The notes under the pieces: generated by a model
Database searches by the model: none
Told to the model about the DNA's origin: nothing
What the model saw: only the letters and a program-made list of their open reading frames with translations
Shown: positions 11,200-20,947 of the stretch, piece after piece
Layout of the letters: every line of letters begins with the position of its first letter
Position numbering within the stretch: the first letter of the stretch is position 1
Position numbers and translations under genes: made by a program
Source of the DNA: an uncultured Ignavibacteriales bacterium
GTDB taxonomy: Bacteria > Bacteroidota > Ignavibacteria > Ignavibacteriales > Melioribacteraceae
Assembly: GCA_947311785.1 (NCBI GenBank)
Contig: CAMZLW010000079.1
Span: forward strand, 4,016-68,015
DNA length: 64,000 nt
Direction: 5' to 3'

Positions 11200-14100
11200 C
11201 TACTTATACTCATCCCAACTTTTTACAGCTAATTTATCATTGCTATAATAAATAGCTTTTACAAAACGCTTTGCAACTTGAATATTTGTAATTAATGGGA
11301 TGTTTAAATCAATTGCTTTCCGACGGATATAATAATCGCTATCTAACTCAGCCTTCTCATTATTTTTAGGAATATTGATAACAAGATCTATTTTACCCTC
11401 TTCCATATAGGTTAAAATGTTAGGCTCTTCTTTTGTGTAAGGTCTGTTTAGCTCTATCATATTAAAATTATTTTCGTTATAAAACTTGCAAGTCCCTTTA
11501 GTTCCATAAAAATCTATCTCCAATTTTTGGAGCATTTTCATCTCTTCCAAAAATTCTGTTTTATATTTTACTGGTCCTGTAGAGAGTAAAATTCCTTTCT
11601 CTGGGATTTTAAAACCAATTGAAAGAACAGATTTTAAGAATGCTTCGTTAAAATCATCACCTAAACAAGCAACTTCGCCAGTGGACGACATTTCGACACC
11701 AAGCACAGGATCGGAGCCTTTTAATCTTGTGAAAGAAAATTGTGGAGCCTTAACCCCAACATAATCAAGGTCAAACGAGGATTTATCAATTTTATGAGGC
11801 TTTTCACCAATCATAAGTTGAGTTGCAATATCAATAAAATTTTGCTTTAATACTTTTGATACAAAAGGGAAACTTCGTGAAGCTCGCAAATTACACTCAA
11901 TTACTTTTACATCGTTATCCTTTGCTATAAACTGCATATTATATGGACCAGTAATTTCAAGGGCTTTAGCAATTTTTTTAGTAATCATTTTAATGCGACG
12001 CATTGTTTCGAGGTAAAGCCTTTGCGGAGGCAACACAATAGTTGCATCACCCGAATGAACTCCAGCGTTTTCAACATGTTCTGAAATTGCATAAGCAAAA
12101 AGCTCACCATGGTCTGCAACTGCATCAACTTCAATTTCTCGTGCATCTTCTATAAACTTTGTAATCACAACTGGATGTTCACTACTGATATCGGAAGCCT
12201 TTTTCAAAAACAATTCAAGTTCATCCTCACTGAGGACAATGCTCATTGCAGCACCACTTAAAACATAACTTGGACGGATAAGAACTGGATAGCCAACTTC
12301 ATTACAAAAATCTTTTGCCGAATCGAGATTAGTTAATTCTTCCCATTCTGGTTGGTCAATCCCTTCCCTATCCAAAATTGCAGAAAACTTATGACGGCTC
12401 TCAGCATTATCAATCATCTCAGGAGATGTTCCAATAATATTAACTCCGTGCTTATGCATTTTCATTGCAAGAATGTTTGGTATTTGCCCTCCAACAGAAA
12501 CTATAACTCCTTCGGGAGATTCCTTTTCATAAATATCTAACACACGCTCCATGCTCATCTCTTCAAAGTATAACTTGTGTGCAGTATCGTGGTCGGTACT
12601 TACTGTCTCTGGATTATAATTAATCATAATAGATTTGTAGCCGTGGTTATCCAAAGTGTTTGCAGCGTTTACGCAGCACCAGTCAAACTCAACAGATGAG
12701 CCTATGCGATACGCTCCGCCACCGAGGACAATTATTTGCTTCTCTTCGCCAAGTTCAATGTCATCGAAGAACCCATTGTAAGTCATATACAAATAATTTG
12801 TTTGTGCAGGAAATTCCGCAGCCATAGTATCTATCTGCTTAATGCTTGGAATTACATTTAACTCTTTTCGATAATTCCTTACATCAAATTCATCGGAGTT
12901 GGTTAGCATTCCTATTTGCTTATCAGAAAATCCTAACTGCTTTGCCCTAAGTAATAAGAGCTTATCAATTTTGTTTAACTCTTGTCCTTTTATAAACTCA
13001 GCTTGGTCAACAATGTTTTTCATTTTATATAAAAACCATTTGTCAATTTTTGTTAAGTCGTTCAACTTATCAACCGAGTAGCCTTGTTGCAATGCTTTAG
13101 CAACATAGTAAATTCGCTTATCGCTAGGCTGCTGTAGCTCTTTATCCAACTCAACAACTTCAAACTCGTTGCAAACAAATCCGTCCATTCCAATATCGAG
13201 CATTCGGATTGCCTTTTGTAAAACCTCTTCGAAGCTACGCCCTATTGACATAACCTCGCCAACCGATTTCATTTCGGAGCCAAGCAGAGTGCTAACTTGG
13301 CTGAACTTCTGCAAATCCCACCGAGGGAATTTTAGCACAACATAATCGAGTGCTGGCTCACAACAAGCAGATGTTTCTTTTGTTATTTCATTTTCAATTT
13401 CGTTTAGTGCATAGCCAATAGAGAGTTTTGTTGCAACAAAGGCAAGTGGATATCCAGTAGCTTTAGATGCAAGTGCCGAGCTTCGGCTTAAGCGCGCGTT
13501 CACTTCAATAATTCTGTAATCGTCAGAAGTTGGAGATAGAGCATATTGGATGTTGCACTCACCCACAATTCCAAGATGGCGTATAAGCTTTATCCCATTG
13601 GAGCGAAGCATAAAATTCTCTTTTGCCGAAAGAGTTTGCACAGGTGCAGCAACAATACTATCGCCCGTATGAATTCCCATTGGGTCAATGTTTTCCATTG
13701 AACAAACGGTTATACAATTGTCATGCTTATCACGAACAATTTCGTATTCAACTTCCTTCCAGCCATAAAGTGATTCTTCAATTAATATTTGAGTAGTAAA
13801 CGAAAATGCTTTTTGTGCTTTCTCTCTTAGTTCTTCTTCATTATCAACAATGCCAGAACCAAGCCCACCAAGGGCAAACGCAATACGCACCATTACAGGG
13901 AAACCAATTTCGTTTGCAACTTCAATTGCTTCATCTACATTTGTAGCGGTTTTACTTAAGGCAACTTTTAAATCAACCTCTTCAACTTTTTGATTAAACC
14001 GTTTTCTATCTTCTGTTTCTAAAATTGTATCAACAGGAGTTCCGAGAACTTTTATATTATATTTTTCTAAAATTCCTTGCTCGTATAACTCAATGCCTGT

Positions 14101-14391
14101 GTTCAATCCAGTTTGCCCACCAAAGCCAAGTAGAATTCCATCGGGCTTTTCTTTAATAATTATCTCTTCTACAAACTTTACTTTAATTGGCAAAAAATAA
14201 ACTTTATCGGCAAAGTTTTCGGATGTTTGAATTGTTGCAATATTAGGATTAATTAATACTGTTTTTATTCCATCCTCTTTAAGTGCTTTAATAGCTTGAC
14301 TTCCAGAGTAATCGAACTCGCCAGCTTGCCCAATTTGCAATGCACCAGAGCCTAAGATTAAAACTTTTTTGGGTTTATTTTTCTTTATCAT
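11200..14391 (-). CDS. carB: Carbamoyl-phosphate synthase large subunit
   Basis: 1063 aa, duplicated ATP-grasp halves, KKVLILGSGALQIGQAGEFDYSG N-terminus. 4-nt overlap with carA upstream. Confidence 0.96.
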   Translation of the reverse strand: MIKKNKPKKVLILGSGALQIGQAGEFDYSGSQAIKALKEDGIKTVLINPNIATIQTSENFADKVYFLPIKVKFVEEIIIKEKPDGILLGFGGQTGLNTGIELYEQGILEKYNIKVLGTPVDTILETEDRKRFNQKVEEVDLKVALSKTATNVDEAIEVANEIGFPVMVRIAFALGGLGSGIVDNEEELREKAQKAFSFTTQILIEESLYGWKEVEYEIVRDKHDNCITVCSMENIDPMGIHTGDSIVAAPVQTLSAKENFMLRSNGIKLIRHLGIVGECNIQYALSPTSDDYRIIEVNARLSRSSALASKATGYPLAFVATKLSIGYALNEIENEITKETSACCEPALDYVVLKFPRWDLQKFSQVSTLLGSEMKSVGEVMSIGRSFEEVLQKAIRMLDIGMDGFVCNEFEVVELDKELQQPSDKRIYYVAKALQQGYSVDKLNDLTKIDKWFLYKMKNIVDQAEFIKGQELNKIDKLLLLRAKQLGFSDKQIGMLTNSDEFDVRNYRKELNVIPSIKQIDTMAAEFPAQTNYLYMTYNGFFDDIELGEEKQIIVLGGGAYRIGSSVEFDWCCVNAANTLDNHGYKSIMINYNPETVSTDHDTAHKLYFEEMSMERVLDIYEKESPEGVIVSVGGQIPNILAMKMHKHGVNIIGTSPEMIDNAESRHKFSAILDREGIDQPEWEELTNLDSAKDFCNEVGYPVLIRPSYVLSGAAMSIVLSEDELELFLKKASDISSEHPVVITKFIEDAREIEVDAVADHGELFAYAISEHVENAGVHSGDATIVLPPQRLYLETMRRIKMITKKIAKALEITGPYNMQFIAKDNDVKVIECNLRASRSFPFVSKVLKQNFIDIATQLMIGEKPHKIDKSSFDLDYVGVKAPQFSFTRLKGSDPVLGVEMSSTGEVACLGDDFNEAFLKSVLSIGFKIPEKGILLSTGPVKYKTEFLEEMKMLQKLEIDFYGTKGTCKFYNENNFNMIELNRPYTKEEPNILTYMEEGKIDLVINIPKNNEKAELDSDYYIRRKAIDLNIPLITNIQVAKRFVKAIYYSNDKLAVKSWDEYK

Positions 14392-15479
14392 TTTAACGAC
14401 CTCACAAACATATCAAAAATAAATTCAGTATCATCAGGCCCAGGAGAGGCTTCGGGATGAAATTGGGTTCCAAAAAATGGTTTTGAAATATGAATAATTC
14501 CTTCGTTAGAACCATCGTTATCGTTAGTAAACCATTCACGCCAATCTTGTGGCATTGTTTCAGCATCAACAGCGTAGCCGTGGTTTTGCGAAGTAATGTA
14601 ACTTCTGTTTGTGCCTGCTTCGTTAACTGGTTGATTCAAACTTCTGTGTCCGTATTTTAATTTGTATGTTTCCATACCAGCAGCAAGACCAATTATTTGG
14701 CTACCCAAACAAACGCCAAGTGTAGGAATCCCTTTATCCATAGCGAGTTTAGTATTTTCTACTGTTGCCTTGCACATTTTAGGGTCGCCAGGTCCGTTGG
14801 ATATCATTATTCCGTCTGCATCAATATTCATAAAATCGTAATCGTAAGGAACTCTGATAACCGAAATATCACGCCCTTGAAATGCTCGGATGATGTTATT
14901 CTTAACTCCACAATCAACCAATATAATTTTTGTTCCTCCACCTTTATATTCAACAACTTCTTTGGTACAAACCGAGCCAACCAAGTCAGTTTTATTTGGG
15001 TCTTCTACTTTTTTATTTAAGTCCGTATCTGTTACTTCATCGCCTGGAATAATCCAGCCAAGCATTGTTCCGCTATCACGTAACTTTCGTGTTAAAGCCC
15101 GTGTATCAATTCCAAATATTCCTGGAATTTTTTCTTCTTCCATCCAATCACTAAGTGAGCGTTCGGCATTCCAGTGCGAATAATTTTCGGAGTAATCGGC
15201 AACTATTAAAGCTTTCGTTTGAATTTTATCCGATTCGAAATGAACTAAAAGTGATTTGTCGTAAATTTTTGGAGGAACTCCATAATTGCCCATAAGCGGA
15301 TACGTTGCTACAAGAATTTGTCCTGCATAAGATGGGTCGGTTAATGTTTCGGGGTATCCCACCATTCCAGTATTGAAAACAACTTCTCCGTCAGTTTCTC
15401 CGAGATACCCAAACGAATATCCAGAAAAGATGGTGCCATCTTCTAAAATTAATGTAGCTCTTTCATAATTTTTCTTCAT
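14388..15479 (-). CDS. carA: Carbamoyl-phosphate synthase small (glutaminase) subunit
   Basis: 363 aa. Class-I GATase motifs GVCLGSQ (nucleophile Cys) and FHPE. Overlaps carB start (ATGA-type coupling). Confidence 0.95.
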   Translation of the reverse strand: MKKNYERATLILEDGTIFSGYSFGYLGETDGEVVFNTGMVGYPETLTDPSYAGQILVATYPLMGNYGVPPKIYDKSLLVHFESDKIQTKALIVADYSENYSHWNAERSLSDWMEEEKIPGIFGIDTRALTRKLRDSGTMLGWIIPGDEVTDTDLNKKVEDPNKTDLVGSVCTKEVVEYKGGGTKIILVDCGVKNNIIRAFQGRDISVIRVPYDYDFMNIDADGIMISNGPGDPKMCKATVENTKLAMDKGIPTLGVCLGSQIIGLAAGMETYKLKYGHRSLNQPVNEAGTNRSYITSQNHGYAVDAETMPQDWREWFTNDNDGSNEGIIHISKPFFGTQFHPEASPGPDDTEFIFDMFVRSLK

Positions 15480-15710
15480 TTTGCCTGTGCGATTTGTTTA
15501 AACAAAGTAGATTTTTTGTGCAGGGTCAAATATACAAAAAATTGATTATTGATATAATTAATTCATCCAAGAAAAATTCTAAAAGTGATTTTATTACAGA
15601 ATATTGAATATATATTCTAAAGAAATCTTTGCTAAATTTAGAGAATTCATATTTTCACTTATATAGTGATTTTATAAAATTCAAACATCTTTGAATGGAC
15701 AAACTGCAAA

Positions 15711-16598
15711 TCAGATTTTTTTCCTATTCCCTCTATTAATTACCCAAACCCCTATTAGAATTATAATTGCTGCAAGTATTATTTCGAAGCTGAGTATTTC
15801 ATCCAAAATAAGCCAGCCAGCAAAGAGTGCTATTACTGGATTTACATAGGTGTAGGTTGTTACAAATGAAATTGGAAGATGTTCAATAGCATAAATGTAT
15901 GAGCCATAAGCTATAAACGAACCAAATATTGTAAGATAAATAAAAGCCATTACTCCGTTTTGAGTAAATTCAAAATGCTCTGCTTCGCCAATTAATAAGC
16001 CTACAATAATTTGAAATGTTCCACCAATTAACATTTGGGTTGCAGCATTTGCAAGAGGGTCAACATCTATTTTTTTGTGCTTCGAGTAAACAGTTCCAAG
16101 TGCCCAAGAAGTAATCCCAACATAAATTGCAATAATACCATAAAGGTACTCTGTTTCAAAAAGCAATGTAAAATTATTACCAAAGATTAATAGAATTCCT
16201 CCAAAGCCAACGAGTACGCCTATTAAAATTGTTTTATTAAATTCTACTTTTCTAAGAATTAGTGTTTCTGTTAAAACAATTATCATTGGCATAGTGGTAA
16301 GTAATAATGCGGTTAACCCACTTGGAATCCATTGCTCGGCAAATGCAACCAACCCGCTTCCTAAACCAATAAGTGAAATTCCAATAACTGCAATGGGCAA
16401 TAAATCTTTTTTTGTTGGAAGTTTAACACCGCGTAGTTTTAGAAAAATTAAAAATACTGGCCCTGCAATGAGCCATCTTAATCCAGAAAAAAGAAATGGT
16501 GGCATTTCTTGTACGCCAACTCTAATTACTAAATAAGTGGTTCCCCAAATAATACAAATTGCTAGCCAAGCTAAATATGCTTTTGTTTTTGTTGTCAA
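15711..16598 (-). CDS. DMT-superfamily (EamA-like) transporter
   Basis: 295 aa, ~10 TM helices arranged as two EamA-like halves. Confidence 0.8.
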   Translation of the reverse strand: MTTKTKAYLAWLAICIIWGTTYLVIRVGVQEMPPFLFSGLRWLIAGPVFLIFLKLRGVKLPTKKDLLPIAVIGISLIGLGSGLVAFAEQWIPSGLTALLLTTMPMIIVLTETLILRKVEFNKTILIGVLVGFGGILLIFGNNFTLLFETEYLYGIIAIYVGITSWALGTVYSKHKKIDVDPLANAATQMLIGGTFQIIVGLLIGEAEHFEFTQNGVMAFIYLTIFGSFIAYGSYIYAIEHLPISFVTTYTYVNPVIALFAGWLILDEILSFEIILAAIIILIGVWVINRGNRKKI

Positions 16599-16769
16599 AT
16601 TTTTCTCATTTTTTGGAAACCAAATTTAATCTAATTATTACTTCTAAAACAGATGGGAAGGCTGATTATTATGATGATTATAAATATGCATGATGAAAGT
16701 AAAATTAAATTTTCTATATTATAGGTGATTAGAATTATAATTTTTATTTAACTTTGCTTTTATATATTT

Positions 16770-17267
16770 ATGCGGATGAACTTAATGAATTCAAAATTAG
16801 TTATAAAAAAAGGAACGGTTGATGATGCTGAAACAATCTATAATTTCATCTATCAATTAGCCGAATATGAAAAGCTCACAGAGGAAGTAACCACAACCCC
16901 AGCAGAACTTGCAAAAACTCTTTTTGCCGAAAACACGCATACCCATACTATCATTGGATATTATGAGAACAAGCCTGTTGGATTTGCTCTATACTTTTAT
17001 AACTACTCAACATTCAAAGGAAAGCATGGATTATATTTGGAGGATTTATTTGTAATTCCAGAAATGCGTGGTAAAGGTTTTGGTAAAACGTTATTGCTTG
17101 AATTAGCAAGTATTGCAAAAGAGAATAATTGTGCTAGGTTCGAATGGTCAGTGCTGGACTGGAATAAACCAGCAATAGATTTTTATAAATCGCTTGGTGC
17201 AAAACCAATGGATGAGTGGACAGTATTCCGATTAACAGAAAATGAAATTGAAAATTTAATTAAATAG
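16770..17267 (+). CDS. GNAT-family N-acetyltransferase (diamine/spermidine acetyltransferase-like)
   Basis: 165 aa. RGKGFGKTLL acetyl-CoA-binding motif and FEWSVLDWNKPAIDFYKSLGA tail typical of SSAT-like GNATs. True start may be an internal Met. Confidence 0.8.
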   Translation: MRMNLMNSKLVIKKGTVDDAETIYNFIYQLAEYEKLTEEVTTTPAELAKTLFAENTHTHTIIGYYENKPVGFALYFYNYSTFKGKHGLYLEDLFVIPEMRGKGFGKTLLLELASIAKENNCARFEWSVLDWNKPAIDFYKSLGAKPMDEWTVFRLTENEIENLIK

Positions 17268-17274
17268 GACTTTT

Positions 17275-18495
17275 ATGGAAACTACAATAAATAATATTTC
17301 CGAATGGTTAAAAGCTAATCCGCTACTTTTTACTTTAATAAAAGGAGCATTAATTATTTTGGGAGCTATTATTGTTTACCTAATTATTCATAAAGTGGTA
17401 ATTTCACTAATCACTAAAGTTGTAAAAAAAACTAAAACCGAGTTTGATGATATACTACTAAATAAAAAATTGCTTCAACGTTTTTCTTATATTTTCCCAA
17501 TTATTTTTATTCAACAATTTACTTTCTTTACTTCCGAAGTAGATGCAACTTTCGATAATGTTCTTCAAGCACTAATTGCTCTATTTATTATTCTAATTAT
17601 AAATAGTATTCTTGATTCGTTTGTTGAAATTATTACAAAATTTGAAAAATTTAAAGACCGTCCTCTTAAAAGCTATTCGCAAGTTATCAAAATAATTATT
17701 TCAATTATTGGGGCAATTTTAATTTTTGGAATTGTAACGGGACAGAGCTTTTGGTCTTTATTTGCTGGACTTGGAGCAATTAGTGCTGTGCTACTTCTTG
17801 TTTTTAAAGACACAATTATGGCATTTGTTGCAAGCATCCAAATTGCTACTTACGATTTAGTTAAGGTTGGCGATTGGATTGAGATTCCTGCACTTAGTGT
17901 TGATGGCGATGTAATGGATATGGCACTTCACACAATTAAGGTTCGCAATTTTGATAAAACAATTACAACAGTTCCAACAAATAAATTGATTGAGCAATCG
18001 TTCAAAAATTGGCGTGGAATGCAAAACACTGGTGCACGTAGAATTAAAAGAGCTATTTATATTGATGTATCGAGCATCAAATTTTTATCGGATGAAATAC
18101 TAAAACGCTTTAGTAAATTTCAACTAATTTCTGAATATTTAAAAGAGAAAAAGCAAGAAGTTGAAAATTTTAATACACAAAAGGTGATAGACACTTCCGA
18201 GATAGTAAATGGAAGAAGATTAACAAACGTTGGAACATTTCGTGAATACTTAAAGGCTTATCTCCATAGCAGAAGCGACATTAATGAAAATTTAACTTTT
18301 TTGGTTAGGCAACTTGCACCTGGTCCAGACGGACTACCCATTGAAATTTATGTTTTTGCAAATACTACTGCGTGGGTTAAATACGAAGAAATTCAAGCCG
18401 ATATTTTTGACCATATAATGGCCGTTGCAAATGAGTTTGAATTGAAAATTTTCCAAAATCCAACAGGAAATGATTTTAATAAACTGAGTAAATAG
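17275..18495 (+). CDS. Mechanosensitive ion channel (MscS family)
   Basis: 406 aa. N-terminal TM helices followed by VKVGDWIEI...DGDVMDMALHTIKVRNFDKTITTVPN beta-domain signature of MscS-like channels. Confidence 0.85.
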   Translation: METTINNISEWLKANPLLFTLIKGALIILGAIIVYLIIHKVVISLITKVVKKTKTEFDDILLNKKLLQRFSYIFPIIFIQQFTFFTSEVDATFDNVLQALIALFIILIINSILDSFVEIITKFEKFKDRPLKSYSQVIKIIISIIGAILIFGIVTGQSFWSLFAGLGAISAVLLLVFKDTIMAFVASIQIATYDLVKVGDWIEIPALSVDGDVMDMALHTIKVRNFDKTITTVPTNKLIEQSFKNWRGMQNTGARRIKRAIYIDVSSIKFLSDEILKRFSKFQLISEYLKEKKQEVENFNTQKVIDTSEIVNGRRLTNVGTFREYLKAYLHSRSDINENLTFLVRQLAPGPDGLPIEIYVFANTTAWVKYEEIQADIFDHIMAVANEFELKIFQNPTGNDFNKLSK

Positions 18496-18653
18496 AACTC
18501 AAAATAATCTGTCATTTCAAGCACTAATGTTATTTGCAATGGGGACAACAAGAAAATATTTTTTTCAATGTCATTCGTTACTTTTACATTTATTTTTAAC
18601 GGAAAGTATCCATCAATTTAATAAAAATATCAAACAAGAAATAAGAGATAAAA

Positions 18654-19805
18654 ATGAAAGCAACAGTAGCAGATACAATAGCATACGCACTGCAGGATTT
18701 GGAGGTTAATATTTTAACACACGTGCCTGGTTATGGTGGTACGGAAACTTTTGAAAGCTATAAAAAAATAAATATGAGAAACCCTCAAATTTCATTTCAC
18801 GAAGAAGTGGCTTATACAATTTGCCACGGTGCAAGTATCGTGGGCAAACGTTCGGCGTGTTTAATAAAAGCTCAAGGTGTAGCAAAAGCTGCCAACAGCG
18901 TTGTCGATTCTCTTTATACATCGGTAACTGCTGGCTTTGTAACATTTATTTTTGATGATAATATTGGAAGCCACTCTGATAACATAATGGAAATAGAAGC
19001 CCTGCTCAAAGGGCTCTCTTTGCCATACATAATTGCCGATACTATAACTATTTATGATGATGTTATAAATGCTTTTCATAAATCGGAGGAGGAACAACAG
19101 CCTTTTGCGATAATAATTAATGCTACTGAAATTTTGAAAGAGACAGAATTTGAGCAACAAAGTTATAGAAAGAGTTTTACATATAATCGTGATATTTTAC
19201 AACATGTAGTCCATCCACTTTTTGCACAATACCAGTATGATGTATTTAAAAATAAAAAAAGTGTAAATAATAACTCTGAAATTGAAAAACCAAAACTAAT
19301 TCAAGTTCCTAATGAACTTCCCCCACATTCAAAAGATGCTGTAAAAAAATATCAACAATTTTTTGATTTGTTCAAAAACTTTAAGGGGGATGTTGTTACT
19401 GGCGATACAAGTTCGTCCAGTAGCTATGCACTTCCACCGTATGATGCAATAGATATTGTTACATACATTGGTGGTTCAATTCCACTAGCAATTGGTGCAT
19501 ACCTTGCTGGAAACCGTTATACGTGGGCTATGACTGGCGATTTTGGTTTTATTGCCGCTGGGCATCTTGGTTTGTTGGAAGCGTCCATTAGACAAGTTCC
19601 ATTAAAAATTGTAATTTTTAATAACAAACAAGCGGCTGCTACTGGCGGACAACCAATTCCACACACAATTCTTTATAAAATTTTGGCTGGATATGAAAAA
19701 TTTATTCGTAATATTTCTAATTCAACTGACCCTTTTGAGGTTACAGAAATTTTAGACGAAGCCACACAAGCAGACGAGTTGAGAATTATAATTGTTAATT
19801 ACTAA
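18654..19805 (+). CDS. Compact thiamine-diphosphate-dependent enzyme (indolepyruvate/2-oxoacid oxidoreductase alpha-like, no ferredoxin domain)
   Basis: 383 aa. N-terminal pyrimidine-binding-type fold (ADTIAYALQDLEVNILTHVPGYGGTE). C-terminal TPP motif GDFGFIAAG...(24 aa)...NN. Confidence 0.55.
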   Translation: MKATVADTIAYALQDLEVNILTHVPGYGGTETFESYKKINMRNPQISFHEEVAYTICHGASIVGKRSACLIKAQGVAKAANSVVDSLYTSVTAGFVTFIFDDNIGSHSDNIMEIEALLKGLSLPYIIADTITIYDDVINAFHKSEEEQQPFAIIINATEILKETEFEQQSYRKSFTYNRDILQHVVHPLFAQYQYDVFKNKKSVNNNSEIEKPKLIQVPNELPPHSKDAVKKYQQFFDLFKNFKGDVVTGDTSSSSSYALPPYDAIDIVTYIGGSIPLAIGAYLAGNRYTWAMTGDFGFIAAGHLGLLEASIRQVPLKIVIFNNKQAAATGGQPIPHTILYKILAGYEKFIRNISNSTDPFEVTEILDEATQADELRIIIVNY

Positions 19806-19945
19806 GAGAAATAGCACGTTGATAGAACGGATTAAATAGATTTGACGAATAACAAATGTGGAATTATTTAGACTTATATTCCTAGAACATATTAAAATTA
19901 TTATTACTATTTTAAAATTATCACTTAACTAATAGAGGTAACACA

Positions 19946-20623
19946 ATGCAAAAAACAAAATTTTCAATTCTTATTTTAGTTTTACTTTTTACATTTACTG
20001 TAAATTCTTTTGCTCAAACGGATACTTCAAAAATAGACTTAAATGGTAAGTGGGCTTTGCAGTTTGGGATATCACATAGTTTTACACTAACTAATTTTGA
20101 TGGTGCTACTTTTTCTGGAAAGTATCATTTTACTAATAATTCTGCCATAAGAATTGGTGTAACTCTTGGGTATAATGATAAAGACAAAGAAATATCAGGG
20201 ACAAATATACTCCCTGATACAACAAAAATTTATGACTATGATGGTAATTTATCCAGTGCTAACATTAGAATTGCACTACAATATCTGCACTATCTTGAAA
20301 TGACTAAATCAATATCATCATATTACGGAGCTGGATTATACTATTTCACTCGACCCTACGATGAGAATCTTGAAGATTACAGACTAGAAAAAATTAGTTA
20401 CTTTGGTTATGGTTTTGATTTATTGATGGGAGTTGAATGGTTTGCAACTTCCAGTATTGGAGTAAATGCTGAGTATGGTTTATCATTTGGTTACTCTTAT
20501 AAAGAGGTAACAAGTGAAAGAACATACACATATAATGATGAAAAAAGTAAAAGATATTCTAACGAATCTGGCTTTGCTCTATATAGCCAGAGGGTTAAAT
20601 TTGGTCTTTCAGTTTATTTCTAA
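19946..20623 (+). CDS. Outer-membrane beta-barrel protein (porin-family/OmpW-like fold)
   Basis: 225 aa. Signal peptide MQKTKFSILILVLLFTFTVNSFA, alternating aromatic/hydrophobic beta-strand pattern, C-terminal ...KFGLSVYF. Confidence 0.65.
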   Translation: MQKTKFSILILVLLFTFTVNSFAQTDTSKIDLNGKWALQFGISHSFTLTNFDGATFSGKYHFTNNSAIRIGVTLGYNDKDKEISGTNILPDTTKIYDYDGNLSSANIRIALQYLHYLEMTKSISSYYGAGLYYFTRPYDENLEDYRLEKISYFGYGFDLLMGVEWFATSSIGVNAEYGLSFGYSYKEVTSERTYTYNDEKSKRYSNESGFALYSQRVKFGLSVYF

Positions 20624-20695
20624 TTTTCTAATCTCACAATTCCACAATTAAATTGTGAGGTTATTTGACTTACCTATTTCTTCTCTTTATATTTT

Positions 20696-20740
20696 GCGAT
20701 TGAATTTTAATTTAACAATTAAAATTCAATCGCTCTTTTA
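20696..20740 (+). terminator. Strong intrinsic terminator after the beta-barrel gene
   Basis: Perfect 17-bp stem gcgattgaattttaatt (20696-20712) / aattaaaattcaatcgc (20717-20733) with taac loop, then tctttt. A weaker hairpin precedes it (ctcacaatt 20633-20641 / aattgtgag 20651-20659). Confidence 0.8.
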
Positions 20741-20947
20741 CAAACACACTCGGCTCGGCAGTAAAACCCTATTACTGTTCATGTTTGTGAAATTCCCATT
20801 AATTAAAACAAAGCATATTTTTTAAATTCTGCTCTAATTACCACATGTTTCTTGTTGGAATCTTATACCCAATGGGATTCCCAATAGAAGCAATTGGGAA
20901 TGACAGTATTAAATATATTTTCAATTTTCAGTTCAATAAAGGCAACA

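Noticed and set aside
18527-18709. 60-aa ORF overlapping the start of the TPP enzyme gene
   Set aside because: It has no RBS, overlaps a better-supported gene start, and its sequence is not protein-like (MLFAMGTTRKYFFQCHSLLLHLF...).
20741-20947. Cobalamin or TPP riboswitch upstream of the TonB-dependent receptor
   Set aside because: I could find no B12 box (GCCACUG-like) and no THI-box (CUGAGA...ACCUGA). Only generic alternative hairpins are present.
20894-20947. Upstream alternative starts proposed by the ORF track for the TonB receptor; likewise 57163 for the TPM gene, 30619 for the ParE-like toxin, 31462 for the RHH antitoxin and 43587 for secA
   Set aside because: In each case a downstream ATG gives a canonical N-terminus (signal peptide or family-typical start) with an RBS, and it avoids long overlaps with the preceding gene.
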